Positions 1 through 10,007 of a stretch of DNA of 64,000 nt are shown piece after piece; the first letter of the stretch is position 1; every line of letters begins with the position of its first letter. The stretch covers positions 608,001 to 672,000 of the forward strand of contig CAWANJ010000001.1 in assembly GCA_963783385.1 (NCBI GenBank), in the 5' to 3' direction. Position numbers and translations under genes: made by a program. The notes below the pieces were generated by a model. That model was not told the origin of the DNA. It was given only the letters and a program-made list of their open reading frames with translations, and did not search any database. The stretch is from an uncultured Gemmatimonadales bacterium (lineage in GTDB: Bacteria > Gemmatimonadota > Gemmatimonadetes > Palauibacterales > Palauibacteraceae).

Positions 1-933
1 GGCGCCCATCCCGGCTAGGGTCAGGGTCCCCACCGGAAGCGTGGCCAGCGTCATCACGATCGCCTCGTGCCATGGCACGACGTAACCGTAGATTCGACCA
101 AGGTAGTAAGTGGTGATTGGAACCACGGTTTCCCTGGCCAGACTCTGGCGAGTGAGCCCCACCATGTAACCGATGGGATGGTGCCAGGCCATCGGGTTGG
201 CTGCGATGGCGAGGAGGAGACCCAGCCCGAGCAGTGCCAGAAGGCCGCCCCATCGACGACGAGCTCGGCTGTCGAGCACCACCCAGGCAGCGATCGGAGC
301 CGGCCAGAGGTAGCCGGTGAACTTGGTGGCCATGGCCAGACCGAACCCGAATGCGCCGAGCACGATCCAGGCCCGCCGGCCGCCGCGGGCGTACGATATG
401 GTCCCGATTGTGCCCAGGAACCACAGGGCGGTGAGCGGCATGTCGGTCGCCGCCACGTGCGCATGGCCCACGAGACGCGGCATGAGGAGGAGCGCCGCGC
501 CGGCACCCAGACATCCAGCGATGCCCCATGCCCGTCCGGCTACCCAAGCCAGGACACCGGCGAGCAGGGTCATCCATAGCACCGACGCCAGTCGGTAGCT
601 CCCCACGCGGCCCAGGAGGGGAGCCGTAGCCCAGCCCGTGATGGCCATCGCTTCCCGGAAAGCGGGAGGGTGGGGGTTCCAGTAATGCTCCCAGTCGAAC
701 ACCGCCTGGATCGTACTGTCGCTCAGGGCTTCCACCCGGTTCGGACCCACGACGACCCGCTCCGCCCAGCCCTGGATGCGGTCCGTGGCGGCCATGTAGA
801 TCGGCTCGTCCCAGGTGATTCCCACCCGACCCACGTCGTGCAGACACCAGGCGAAGGAGACCAGCGCGAACCCGGCGCTGAGAAGCGCCAGGAGCCTCCT
901 TCCCGCCCGGTCGGACCCCCTCGCCCTGGACAT
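1..933 (-). CDS. ArnT/PMT-like (GT-C) membrane glycosyltransferase, 5' part (runs off window edge)
   Basis: Not in ORF track. Manual translation from ATG 933 (overlaps upstream stop): MSRARGSD...GITWDEPIY...NPHPP...HAHVAATDMPLTALW...AMATKFTG...ITTYYLGRIY; same motifs as neighbouring GT. Confidence 0.85.
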   Translation of the reverse strand, partial: MSRARGSDRAGRRLLALLSAGFALVSFAWCLHDVGRVGITWDEPIYMAATDRIQGWAERVVVGPNRVEALSDSTIQAVFDWEHYWNPHPPAFREAMAITGWATAPLLGRVGSYRLASVLWMTLLAGVLAWVAGRAWGIAGCLGAGAALLLMPRLVGHAHVAATDMPLTALWFLGTIGTISYARGGRRAWIVLGAFGFGLAMATKFTGYLWPAPIAAWVVLDSRARRRWGGLLALLGLGLLLAIAANPMAWHHPIGYMVGLTRQSLARETVVPITTYYLGRIYGYVVPWHEAIVMTLATLPVGTLTLAGMGA

Positions 934-2630
934 CAGTAGGTCCTGAACACCTGGAGCAGGGGCACACCGCGCAGGGCGACCTCTAGGAAGGGGCGTCCAC
1001 CACGCTGCACCAGCGCCCGGTCCCGGAAGGACTGGATGCCACGGCGGTTGAGAATGAACACGAAGTCCGGTCGCCGGGGAGGACGGAGAGAGACCGCCAC
1101 GTCCTGCCTCTCGCCGGGCGCGCACACGAGGGCGCGGGTCCCCGGCGTCGGGGCGCCGGGATCCTCCATCTCGACCACCCAGTCGGCCGGCGCCAGCCCG
1201 AGCTCCCGGTCGAAGCACAGCTCCTCGAGGAAGAAGTCGGGGTCGATCACCGAGCCGGGCGGGATGCGGTGCGCGAGGTCGGCCAGCATGTCCGGAGTCA
1301 GCACCTCCTTGAGGTTCGAGATCTCGAGCCCCCGGCGCTGGGCTCCGCGGATGCCGCCGATCAGCCCGTTGAAGTAGGAGAGCTCGAACGGGTGGAACGC
1401 GACCACGTCCAGGATCGGAACGGCGAACAGTGCCACCATGACGAGCACGCGCGCCAGGTCGACGCGCCGGGGCCACCGGCGCCCCGCCAGGTCGGCGAGC
1501 CGGTCCGCGAGCGCGCCGCACCCGACCCCGATGATCACGCACAGGAAGGGAAAGGCCGGAAGCAGGAGCCGGATCCCGTCGTGCATGGGCGCCGCGGGAA
1601 GCATGAGCGCTCCGTATACGACCACCAGGCTCGGCAGGCACAGGCGCACCAGCTTCGATCGCCACCTCAGGAGTCCCGCTCCCAGTCCGACGAGCAGCGG
1701 GACCGGGATCACGACGAGGGTCCACAGGAAGGGATACGACCGAGGCGGCCGGTATTCGTACATCCTGCCCAGGTAGAAGGTCGTGATCTGGGCGTGAGGG
1801 TCCTCCGCCCTGTGGAAGCCGGCGGCCAGGTAGTCTCCGAGCCCCCGCGCCGGATCCACCCACATCACCGGATTGCACGCGGCGAACACGAGCACGGCGC
1901 ACAGCGCCAGCACGCCGATCTCCCGCCACGGGACGGACGGGCGGCCGTCCCGTCCGCGCACCCACAGCAAGAGCTGGAAACCCAGGACGGGAGCCAGCAG
2001 GAGGGCGGTGAACTTGGTGGCGAGCGCGGCACCGAGCGACAGACCTGCCAGCCACAGCCACCGCGACCTCCCGTCCGCCAGATAGACATCGAGCGCCGCC
2101 ACCGCCCCGAACCAGAAAGCCGCCAGCACCATGTCGGTGAGCGCCAGGTGGCCGTAGGCGAACAGCGCCGGAATGGCGAGCAGGCTGGCCGCGGCGGCGA
2201 GCGCGGCCGTCGTGGAGCCGGACCGGCGCCGCACCAGGGCGCCCACGGACCCCACCAGGCCGGCGTACACCAGGGCCGTGGCGACCCGGTACGCGGTCAG
2301 CGGATGGACGATGCCTCGGAGCAGGAAGTAGCCGAGCCCGCCCAGCTCCCGCGACAGCGGCGGATGAGGGAGGCGCTCCCGCCACCAGCGCCAGGCGTCG
2401 AACACCACGCCACGCCGCAGCCATTCGCCGGGCGACCCCGTCACCAGGCCATGGAGGAAGGACCCGAACCAGCGCAGCTCGAGGAGGGAGCCGGTGAAGT
2501 AGTTGGGCACATCGCTGGCGACCCCGTAGTCGTGCAGGGTCGCCAGCGTGACGAGGGCCGCGACGACGAAGCCGCCCGCGAACAGCCACCACGGACGCAC
2601 GCGCCGGACCTTCCCCCCGGATCCGCTCAC
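933..2630 (-). CDS. ArnT/PMT-like (GT-C) membrane glycosyltransferase
   Basis: Multi-TM; DYGVASDVPNY, PHPPL, HLALTDMVL, ATKFTA, HDGIRLLLPAFP; probable GTG start 2630 overlapping YfhO stop. Confidence 0.85.
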   Translation of the reverse strand: MSGSGGKVRRVRPWWLFAGGFVVAALVTLATLHDYGVASDVPNYFTGSLLELRWFGSFLHGLVTGSPGEWLRRGVVFDAWRWWRERLPHPPLSRELGGLGYFLLRGIVHPLTAYRVATALVYAGLVGSVGALVRRRSGSTTAALAAAASLLAIPALFAYGHLALTDMVLAAFWFGAVAALDVYLADGRSRWLWLAGLSLGAALATKFTALLLAPVLGFQLLLWVRGRDGRPSVPWREIGVLALCAVLVFAACNPVMWVDPARGLGDYLAAGFHRAEDPHAQITTFYLGRMYEYRPPRSYPFLWTLVVIPVPLLVGLGAGLLRWRSKLVRLCLPSLVVVYGALMLPAAPMHDGIRLLLPAFPFLCVIIGVGCGALADRLADLAGRRWPRRVDLARVLVMVALFAVPILDVVAFHPFELSYFNGLIGGIRGAQRRGLEISNLKEVLTPDMLADLAHRIPPGSVIDPDFFLEELCFDRELGLAPADWVVEMEDPGAPTPGTRALVCAPGERQDVAVSLRPPRRPDFVFILNRRGIQSFRDRALVQRGGRPFLEVALRGVPLLQVFRTY

Positions 2631-5050
2631 GCCCTGCGTCTCCACCCGACGAGGAGCACGCCCGCGCAGACCAGGACCGAGACCGCGCTGATCCACGCGC
2701 CCACGACCACGGCCCTGGGCCTGTAGCGGAATACGACCTCGTGGGTCCCCGCCGGCACTTCAATGGCGCGGAAGAACCCGTTGGCCCGGTGGATGCCGGC
2801 AGGGCGGCCGTCCACGCTGGCCGTCCATCCCGGGTAGAAGCGGTCGGTGAGGACCAGGACCATGCGACCCGACGTCCGCGTGCGGAGCCGGACCTCCTCG
2901 CTGCCGTACCGGCTCTCCAGCACGTGACCCGTCGCGGCGGAGTCCGGAGCTTCGGCCAGGCTGTCGCCCAGCACGGCCTCGCCGCGCAGGTCGAAGTCGG
3001 GGCCGATCACCTTCCCGAACGCCGTGACCGGGTTGTCCTGGACGCGGTATCGGGACACGAGGTAGGCCCTCGGGACCGGGTTCTCCACTGTGTACATGCG
3101 CAGGGGCAGGTCGCGGGCGGCTTCCAGGGGCCGCAGGCCCGGCATCGAGTCGGCCGTGGGCGTCGGATCGACGTAGTACTTGACGTTCATGGCCCGCAGA
3201 AGCCGGGTCCGCACGTCGGGCGGGTTGTGGAGCGCGAAAGCGATCGTCGACACCACCGACTTCAGCTCGACGCCCTGGATGCCGTCCTGGCTCGGGTGAT
3301 GGTAGAGCTGCCCAAGGTCGGGCCCCATGGCCTGGAACTCGATGTACATGTTCGTGAGCTCGAGGGCGCCGGGGACCATGAGGGCGCTGCCCATTGGCGT
3401 CGAAGTGGTCGACCCCCGGTACCGGTACGCCTGCCGGTCGGTGGCCACCCGGTCGAGGACGGTCGCCGCCCACGGCCTGTGCTCGTAGATCCCCCGGCTG
3501 ACCGTGGGATTGACGCGGTCATGGGTTACGCCGAGGTCAACCGCCGCGAGGACCAGGAGGAGCGGAACGGCCAGCCGGCGCTCGACGCGCCGCAACCGCC
3601 ACCCGCCCAGCAGCGCCACGCCCGCCACGGTGAGCAGCAGCGCCCGGACGAGGAGGCCGCCGTAGAAGCGCTGAGCCTCGGCCGGCCGCCGGCACATCTG
3701 GGCGCCGTGCCACGCCCCGCCGCAGGCCATGGCGAACAGGTCGGGCACCGCGTGAAGGAGCACCCATAGGGCCCCGTACAGGACGGTGAGTGCCCCCAGG
3801 GCCGCCAGGACCGGGCCGCTCCTCCGGGCGCCGTCCTCTCGCACAGTGTCGAATCCGCGGGCCGCCAGCACCGCCAGCGCGACGGCGGTCAAGAAGAAGA
3901 ACTTCTCCGGGTAGCGCACCAGCCGCAGGGGCGGCAGCCACCGGAACAGGAACGGGAACACGGGGGTGGCCGGCCCCAGCGCCAGCAGCAGGCCCGCGAG
4001 CCCCAGCCCCGCCCAGAACCACAGCCACGGCCGGCTCCGGGGCCTCGCGACGCCCTGCGCGGCGAACCCCAGCACGAGGACGCCCGGGTAGATGCTGACC
4101 AGCCACGGCACCTCGGGCGTCAGCAGGTAGCGGGCGGAGAAGCCGTACTGACCGGTGCTCACCGCCGGAGGCACGAGGAGGTTGACGAGCGTCCGGAACC
4201 CGGCGGACCGTCGGGCCGCGAAGGACAGCGTGAGGTCGGTGTTCCGAATCGAGTGCCGGAGGAGTTCGAGGAAGGGCAGCAGCTGGACCGCGACGAGCCC
4301 CAGGGCCAGGACCCCCGCGGCTGCGAGCCAGCCCAGCTGGCGTCCGGCTCCGAGGCGGCGCGGCCCGGAGCGACCCACCATGAGCTCGTGGGCCACCAGG
4401 ACACCCAGCCCGATGGCCAGCATCTGCGGCTCCCCGCCCAGGAAGCCGCAGGCGGTCGCCAGGACGAAGACCACGAACCGGCCGGGCGTCGCGCTCTCCA
4501 CGTAGCGGTCCCACGCCAGCCAGATCCACGGGATCCACGCGACCGTCTGGATATTGTTGTAGAAGTTCCCGATCGAGACCAGGTACCCCCCCAGCATGAA
4601 GGCCAGGCCGCCCAGGAGGGCCGCGGCCCGGCCGTGCTGCCACCGACGCAGGAGCAGGTAGAAGCCGACACCGGCCAGTGGATAGTGCAACGCCAGGAGC
4701 AGTCCGAAGGCGTAGGAGAACGGCAGGACGTACAGCAGCAGGCTCCCAGGATAGAGCGCCCCCGGCTGCAGGGTGGCGAAGAAGGGCTCTCCGTTGAGCA
4801 CCCAGGGATTCCACAGGGGCAGTCGGCCGCTCCGGATGGAGTCGACCAGGTACGCCTTCATGGGATAGAAGAAGGGCGCGATGTCGCGGCTGAAGAACAC
4901 CTGGCCGCCGAACAGAACGCGCCGGAAAAACAGGGCCGCCACCACCACGAGCGCCGCGATGGCCACGGTCCCGGCGTCGAGCGTGATGCCGGTGGTCCGG
5001 CCGCCCACGTCGGCGGATCCCCGGTCGTACCTGCTCGATCCGTGCGTCAT
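2627..5050 (-). CDS. YfhO-family membrane protein (putative GT-C glycosyltransferase)
   Basis: 807 aa; GRLPLWNPWVLNGEPF near N-terminus, LVLTDRFYPGWTASVDG...GTHEVVFRYRP near C-terminus. Confidence 0.85.
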   Translation of the reverse strand: MTHGSSRYDRGSADVGGRTTGITLDAGTVAIAALVVVAALFFRRVLFGGQVFFSRDIAPFFYPMKAYLVDSIRSGRLPLWNPWVLNGEPFFATLQPGALYPGSLLLYVLPFSYAFGLLLALHYPLAGVGFYLLLRRWQHGRAAALLGGLAFMLGGYLVSIGNFYNNIQTVAWIPWIWLAWDRYVESATPGRFVVFVLATACGFLGGEPQMLAIGLGVLVAHELMVGRSGPRRLGAGRQLGWLAAAGVLALGLVAVQLLPFLELLRHSIRNTDLTLSFAARRSAGFRTLVNLLVPPAVSTGQYGFSARYLLTPEVPWLVSIYPGVLVLGFAAQGVARPRSRPWLWFWAGLGLAGLLLALGPATPVFPFLFRWLPPLRLVRYPEKFFFLTAVALAVLAARGFDTVREDGARRSGPVLAALGALTVLYGALWVLLHAVPDLFAMACGGAWHGAQMCRRPAEAQRFYGGLLVRALLLTVAGVALLGGWRLRRVERRLAVPLLLVLAAVDLGVTHDRVNPTVSRGIYEHRPWAATVLDRVATDRQAYRYRGSTTSTPMGSALMVPGALELTNMYIEFQAMGPDLGQLYHHPSQDGIQGVELKSVVSTIAFALHNPPDVRTRLLRAMNVKYYVDPTPTADSMPGLRPLEAARDLPLRMYTVENPVPRAYLVSRYRVQDNPVTAFGKVIGPDFDLRGEAVLGDSLAEAPDSAATGHVLESRYGSEEVRLRTRTSGRMVLVLTDRFYPGWTASVDGRPAGIHRANGFFRAIEVPAGTHEVVFRYRPRAVVVGAWISAVSVLVCAGVLLVGWRRRA

Positions 5051-5082
5051 CGCGGGTGCCCTCCGGGCGCGATCAGCACAAG

Positions 5083-5117
5083 CGAAAGGGGCGTAGCGGC
5101 AAGACCGCTACGCCCCT
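5083..5117 (-). terminator. Intrinsic terminator-like hairpin after pilin
   Basis: 13-bp perfect stem AGGGGCGTAGCGG/CCGCTACGCCCCT followed by TTCGCTT on minus strand. Confidence 0.7.
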
Positions 5118-5166
5118 CGAGCCGTCGGCGCATGGTGCGCGCCGACTCAGACCAGCTCCTCCGGGA

Positions 5167-5553
5167 TCAACCCTTCTGGATCTTCCCGTCGGTCGCGCTC
5201 CCCGTACCGGAGGTCACGTAGTACGTGGAGGGAGACGCCGAGTGGCTCGCGGTGATGGAGTAACCGCCCGCGCTCGCCGCCGAGGCCGAGATCACGATGC
5301 CGTTGCTCGTCGTGAAATTGCCGGTGGCCATCGAGGCCGGGGCGTAGGTCTGCGCATCCGAGAAGTAGGCCTCCTCGGCCGTCATCGCGTTGCGGATGTC
5401 GCTCTTCGCGGCGGCGTCGAACGCCTTCTCCTTCGTCGACGCGAACTGCGGGATCGCGATCGCGGCCAGGATGCCAATGATCACGACCACGATGAGCAGC
5501 TCGATGAGGGTGAACCCCTCGGAGCCACGGATCCTGGAAGCGGTCGTCTTCAT
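5167..5553 (-). CDS. pilA: Type IVa major pilin (128-aa prepilin)
   Basis: MKTTASRIRGSEG|FTLIELLIVVVIIGILAAIAIPQF class III signal with E5; directly downstream of pilSR. Confidence 0.92.
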   Translation of the reverse strand: MKTTASRIRGSEGFTLIELLIVVVIIGILAAIAIPQFASTKEKAFDAAAKSDIRNAMTAEEAYFSDAQTYAPASMATGNFTTSNGIVISASAASAGGYSITASHSASPSTYYVTSGTGSATDGKIQKG

Positions 5554-5652
5554 GGTGCCTCTCCCCCTTGGGATGAACGGGACGCCTGTCACACTCGCCC
5601 GCCTGTCGCCCGTCGGCGGCGGCGGTGCCCACTGTTGGCGAGGCGTGATGGG

Positions 5653-5669
5653 GGCAACGCCCGTGCCGC
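5653..5669 (-). promoter_or_regulatory. sigma54 -24/-12 promoter of pilin
   Basis: Minus strand CGGCAC-GGGCG-TTGC (GG-N10-GC), about 100 bp upstream of pilin ATG, next to PilR-type activator. Confidence 0.8.
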
Positions 5670-5808
5670 ACTCGTGGCATCCATTCAAGAGACACCATGA
5701 CAACCAATTACCGTGCTTTGTCCAACGGAACACTCCCCGCGCGGATCGGCCCGGTTCCTCGCACCTTGCAAAGACACTCGTGCGTTGCAAGACAGGCGCG
5801 ATTCGAGC

Positions 5809-7182
5809 TCACGTCTCGATCCCGTAGCGGTTGATCTTGCGGTAGAGGGTGCTGGGGTCGATTCCGAGCACTTCGGCGGCTCTCGTCTTGTTGCCTCCCT
5901 CGGCCTTGAGCACGTGCGCGATGTACGCCTGCTCGATCACCTCCAGGGTCGGATTGGGGGGCGGCTCGTCCCGGACCAGCGGCTCGACCGGCTCCTCCCT
6001 GAGGCGCTCGGGGAACGCCTCGGGCTTGATCGTGGCTCCGTCCGTCAGCACCACGGCGCGCTCGATCACGTTCTCGAGCTCGCGTACGTTCCCGGCCCAC
6101 CGGTAGCCGGCCAGCAGCTCCGAGCCGTCCTTCGACAGCTTCTTGCGCTCGATTCCCTGGTCGGCGGCCAGCCGTTCGAGGAAGTACTCCGCGAGGAGGG
6201 GCACGTCCTCCGTCCGCTCGCGCAGGGGCGGCAGCTCCAGCGCGATGACGTTCAGACGGTAATACAGGTCGCGGCGGAAGCGGCCGGTCTCGATGTCACG
6301 CTCCAGGTCGCGGTTGGTGGCGGCGATGAGCCGCACATCGACGGGAACCGGCCGGGTGGCGCCCACCGGCACCACTTCGCGCTGCTGCAGGACCCGCAAG
6401 AGCTTGACCTGGGTCGAGGGCGCCATCTCCCCGACCTCGTCCAGGAAGAAGCTGCCTCCCCCGGCCGCCACGAACAGGCCCTCCTTGTCCTTGACCGCCC
6501 CCGTGAACGAGCCCTTCACGTGGCCGAACAGCTCCGACTCGAGCAGGCTCTCGGGGAGCGCCGCGCAGTTGATCGACAGGAATCGCCCCTGGCTCCGGGG
6601 CGACAGGTCGTGGATGTAGCGGGCGAAGATCTCCTTCCCGGTCCCGCTCTCGCCCCGGATGAGGATCGTCGACTCGCTGCCGGCGACCGACTCGGCCAGC
6701 TCCAGGGCCTGCGTGAACTTCGGGCTCTCGCCGATCGGGCGGGGCACCTCGCCGGTGCGCGTCTTGGTCTGCCGAAGCTCCTCCTTGATGGCCAGATTCT
6801 CCCGCCGGATCTCCCCGTAGTCCAGGGACCGTCGCAGGATGGCCACCAGCTCGTCGTTCTCGAACGGCTTCTGGACGTAGTGCGTGGCGCCCAGGTTAAC
6901 GGCGCGGATGGCCGACTGGAGCGACGCCTGGGCGGTCATGAGCACGACCGGCGTCGTGGGGCTGCGCTCGCGCACCGCCTCCAGTACCTCGACGCCGTCC
7001 ATCTTCGGCATGCGCACGTCGACGAGCACGAGGTCGGGCTGGCGCTCGTCGAAGCATTCCAGACCCTGGGCCCCGGTGAGGGCGGAAGCCACCTCGAAGC
7101 CCTCGCGCTTGAGGAGGACCGTCAGCGTCTCGACGAGGCTCTGCTCGTCATCGATCACCAGGACCAACGGAAGGTCACTCAT
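5809..7182 (-). CDS. pilR: sigma54-dependent response regulator (PilR/NtrC family)
   Basis: Receiver domain (VIDDE, DVRMP), GESGTGKE, GSFTG, FRRDLYYRLN, Fis HTH; upstream of pilin. Confidence 0.9.
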   Translation of the reverse strand: MSDLPLVLVIDDEQSLVETLTVLLKREGFEVASALTGAQGLECFDERQPDLVLVDVRMPKMDGVEVLEAVRERSPTTPVVLMTAQASLQSAIRAVNLGATHYVQKPFENDELVAILRRSLDYGEIRRENLAIKEELRQTKTRTGEVPRPIGESPKFTQALELAESVAGSESTILIRGESGTGKEIFARYIHDLSPRSQGRFLSINCAALPESLLESELFGHVKGSFTGAVKDKEGLFVAAGGGSFFLDEVGEMAPSTQVKLLRVLQQREVVPVGATRPVPVDVRLIAATNRDLERDIETGRFRRDLYYRLNVIALELPPLRERTEDVPLLAEYFLERLAADQGIERKKLSKDGSELLAGYRWAGNVRELENVIERAVVLTDGATIKPEAFPERLREEPVEPLVRDEPPPNPTLEVIEQAYIAHVLKAEGGNKTRAAEVLGIDPSTLYRKINRYGIET

Positions 7183-9028
7183 CGGCGTCTCCTCGGGTGC
7201 CCCTGACATGGGTGTCGAAACCAGGGTTCTCGGTGCGTGGCGGGCGCGTCGGGTCGTTCGATCGATCTTCGGGCTTTCCCAGCGGCCTCTCGGCCCACTC
7301 CCGCCGGGGCAGGATGATCGAGAAGGTGGTGCCCCGCCCGGGTTCGGAGTCGACCAGGAGGGCGCCTCCGTGCGCCTCGACGGCGCGCTGGGCGATGGAG
7401 AGGCCGAGGCCGGACCCTCCCTGGCGGCCCGTGTGGAAGGGCTCGAAGATCCAGCCCAGTCGTTCGGCGGGGATGCCCGGACCGTCGTCGACGACCCGGA
7501 TTCGGACCGGCGAACCCAGGGCCACGTCCCCCGGAACGTGCTCGAGCGGGAGGTTGTCCGCCAGGACCCGCACGGTGGGAGGGTGGCCCGGCTCGGCAGC
7601 CTGGACCGCGTTGAGGATGATGTTGCTCAGCGTCCGGTGGAGCAGGTCGGGGTCTCCCCACAGGTCGCTCACGTCGCCCTCGCACTCGATCTCGAAACGG
7701 GCGTCACCGGGAGTGTCGGGCCGCTGCTGGACCATGGCCACCGCTTCCTCCATGAGACGCCGGACATCCAGCGCATCGCGGCCGGCCACGTCGACCCGTG
7801 CGAAGTCGTTGAACTCGCCCAGGAGCCGGTCCAGTCGGTCGCTCTCCCGGACGATGAGCCGGCCCAGGATCGCATCGTCCTCGTCCTCCCCGTCCCGCTT
7901 CGCGGATCCTTCCAGCTGCTGCACGGCGCTGCGGATGGCCGAGAGGGGATTGCGGATCTCGTGCGCGAGAGAGGCCGACAGCTCGGCCACCGCCTCGAGC
8001 CGGCCCGCTCGCAGCCTGAGGTCCTCGAGACGCCGGAGCGTGCGCAGGTCCCGGAGCACCACCGTCACCGACGACGGGGCTCCCGGCTGGCGGAGCACCG
8101 CCGTGCTGGCCGCGACGGGGAGCGCATCGTCCCCCTCCCGTTCCACCACGACCTCCCGGTCGTGGACGGCCTCCCCCTGCCGCAGGCTCTCCCGGATGGC
8201 CCGGGCCAGCTCCCTTCCCTGCCGGTCGAGGACGGTCAGGAAGTCGGCCCCCAGCCACTGCGCGGCCCGCACGTCGAGGAGCGCCTCGGCCGCCGGGTTC
8301 ATGTAGGCGAGCCGTCCCTCGCCATCCAGGGTGAGGACGCCCGAATCGAGGGTCCGGAGCAGGTCCGCCGTGTCCAGGCGCAGCCGGTGGAGCTCTCCCT
8401 CCAGCTCCCGCAGACGCCCGCGCGTCTGGCGGAGCCGGGCGGCGATCGCGCTGCTCACGGAGGTGACGACCGTGAAGATGACCACCTGGAGGACCACCGC
8501 CGCGCCCAGCTGGGTCGGATAGGCGCCGATGATGTCCCCCAGGTACGCCGCCCCGCACACCACCGCCACGAACACGGCCGAAGCGAAGGGCACGAGGAGC
8601 GCGTAGCCCGAGGCGAGCGCGATGTAGAACAGGGGCGGGAAGACGCTCTCGCTCCCCCCGGTGATGTGCACGATCGCCGTCACCAGGAGGATGTCCAGGA
8701 CCGCCTGGGAGTACAGGAAGTCCAGGGTGACGGGACGGTGCCGGAAGTGCGTGTACCAGTAGGCCACCGGCGTGGCCAGCCCGGCCAGGAGAAGGCCGCC
8801 CAGCGCGACCTGACGAAGCCCGATCGGCAGCGTGGCGGCGGGCCCACCCAACCACGGCGTCCCGATGGCGAGCGCCGTGCCGAACACGCTCAGGCACACG
8901 ACCAGGCGCGCCGCGTAGATCCAGTAGAGGACCTGCGTGGCGTCGAGCGCCCGCGCCCCCCTCACATCCCTGCGTGCCGTAAGCGCCACTCGGGCTCCGG
9001 GTTCCCGCCGTCCTCGCCCCTCCTCCAA
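7175..9028 (-). CDS. pilS: Membrane sensor histidine kinase with PAS domain (PilS-like)
   Basis: TM N-terminus with HITGGSES, LAHEIRNPL H-box, DDGPG and GSGLGL boxes; start codon uncertain. Confidence 0.85.
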   Translation of the reverse strand: MEEGRGRREPGARVALTARRDVRGARALDATQVLYWIYAARLVVCLSVFGTALAIGTPWLGGPAATLPIGLRQVALGGLLLAGLATPVAYWYTHFRHRPVTLDFLYSQAVLDILLVTAIVHITGGSESVFPPLFYIALASGYALLVPFASAVFVAVVCGAAYLGDIIGAYPTQLGAAVVLQVVIFTVVTSVSSAIAARLRQTRGRLRELEGELHRLRLDTADLLRTLDSGVLTLDGEGRLAYMNPAAEALLDVRAAQWLGADFLTVLDRQGRELARAIRESLRQGEAVHDREVVVEREGDDALPVAASTAVLRQPGAPSSVTVVLRDLRTLRRLEDLRLRAGRLEAVAELSASLAHEIRNPLSAIRSAVQQLEGSAKRDGEDEDDAILGRLIVRESDRLDRLLGEFNDFARVDVAGRDALDVRRLMEEAVAMVQQRPDTPGDARFEIECEGDVSDLWGDPDLLHRTLSNIILNAVQAAEPGHPPTVRVLADNLPLEHVPGDVALGSPVRIRVVDDGPGIPAERLGWIFEPFHTGRQGGSGLGLSIAQRAVEAHGGALLVDSEPGRGTTFSIILPRREWAERPLGKPEDRSNDPTRPPRTENPGFDTHVRGTRGDADE

Positions 9029-9082
9029 CCGACCGGAAAGGAAACGCCCTGCCTCGCAAATTGCAAGAGGTCCGGGTCGGTG

Positions 9083-9481
9083 CTACCAGTCCGGGGGCTC
9101 ATCGAAGGCGGTGAGCGCCACGATCCGTCCGCCGCGCACCGTGGCCGTGAGGGAGCGGTCCGTCGAACCCTCGGGACCGGACAGACGCCGCCGCAGCAGA
9201 GGCCGGCCCGCCGAACCGGCCGCCGCGTCCGGCGCGCACGCCGGCCACAGACCCACCGGCTCGGTGGCCTCCCGAAGCGTGGAAGCCCCGCCCGGGAGGC
9301 GCAGGGTCCACGACGCCACCCGGTGGTCCGCCCCCAGGCGCACCCGGAGGCCCCAGCCCCGGCCCTCGAATCGGAGCCACCGTCCGCCTCCCGCCGAGCG
9401 GTCCGCGACCGGACGCCCGAGCCTTCGCGTCACCTCGTCGGGACCCGCGCCGATGAGGCGGTCCACGCGGGGAAGCCTCAC
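9083..9481 (-). CDS. Hypothetical protein
   Basis: GTG start overlapping YjbQ stop; fills gap to pilS; no recognised motif. Confidence 0.5.
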   Translation of the reverse strand: MRLPRVDRLIGAGPDEVTRRLGRPVADRSAGGGRWLRFEGRGWGLRVRLGADHRVASWTLRLPGGASTLREATEPVGLWPACAPDAAAGSAGRPLLRRRLSGPEGSTDRSLTATVRGGRIVALTAFDEPPDW

Positions 9482-9876
9482 GGCGAGGGGAGCACCTGCA
9501 CGCGGACGCGGCGGCTCCGCGGCCCGTCGAACTCGCACAGGAACACGCCCTGCCAGCGGCCGAGGACCAGCCGTCCGTCGGAGACGATCAGGGTGAGGCC
9601 GGGGCCCACCAGGCTCGTCTTGATGTGGGCGTCGGCGTTGCCTTCCCGGTGCCGGTACCCCCCGCCCTCGGGCGCATGCCCGGCCAGCCACGCCTCAATG
9701 TCCCGGGCCACGTCCGGGTCGGCGCTCTCGTTCACGGTGAGTGCGGCCGTGGTGTGCTCGGACCACAGCACGCAGGCACCCTCGTCGACATCCGCGTCCA
9801 CCAGGACTTCCTTCACACGGGCGGTGATGTCCACGAGCTGCTCACGGCGATCGGTCTGGACCTGGATGGTATGCAT
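9478..9876 (-). CDS. yjbQ: YjbQ/UPF0047 family protein
   Basis: HTTAALTVNESADPDV, NADAHIK, LGRWQGVFLCEFDGPR. Confidence 0.9.
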   Translation of the reverse strand: MHTIQVQTDRREQLVDITARVKEVLVDADVDEGACVLWSEHTTAALTVNESADPDVARDIEAWLAGHAPEGGGYRHREGNADAHIKTSLVGPGLTLIVSDGRLVLGRWQGVFLCEFDGPRSRRVRVQVLPSP

Positions 9877-10007
9877 GATGCCTCTCCTCTCGCCTCGACC
9901 ACGGTTCGTCGCCGCTTCACCCGGCCCGGGCGCCCAGAGTACCCGGGTCGTCAGTGAGCTGTCCAGCACGAACCGAACTCACGAGTCCGATCACGAGGAG
10001 ACCGACG

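Noticed and set aside
5167-5553. Conductive (e-pilin) interpretation given similarity to Geobacter PilA N-terminus
   Set aside because: Only 10 F/Y in 115 residues, no aromatic at position 27, no multiheme cytochromes in the window, and the heuristic is contested
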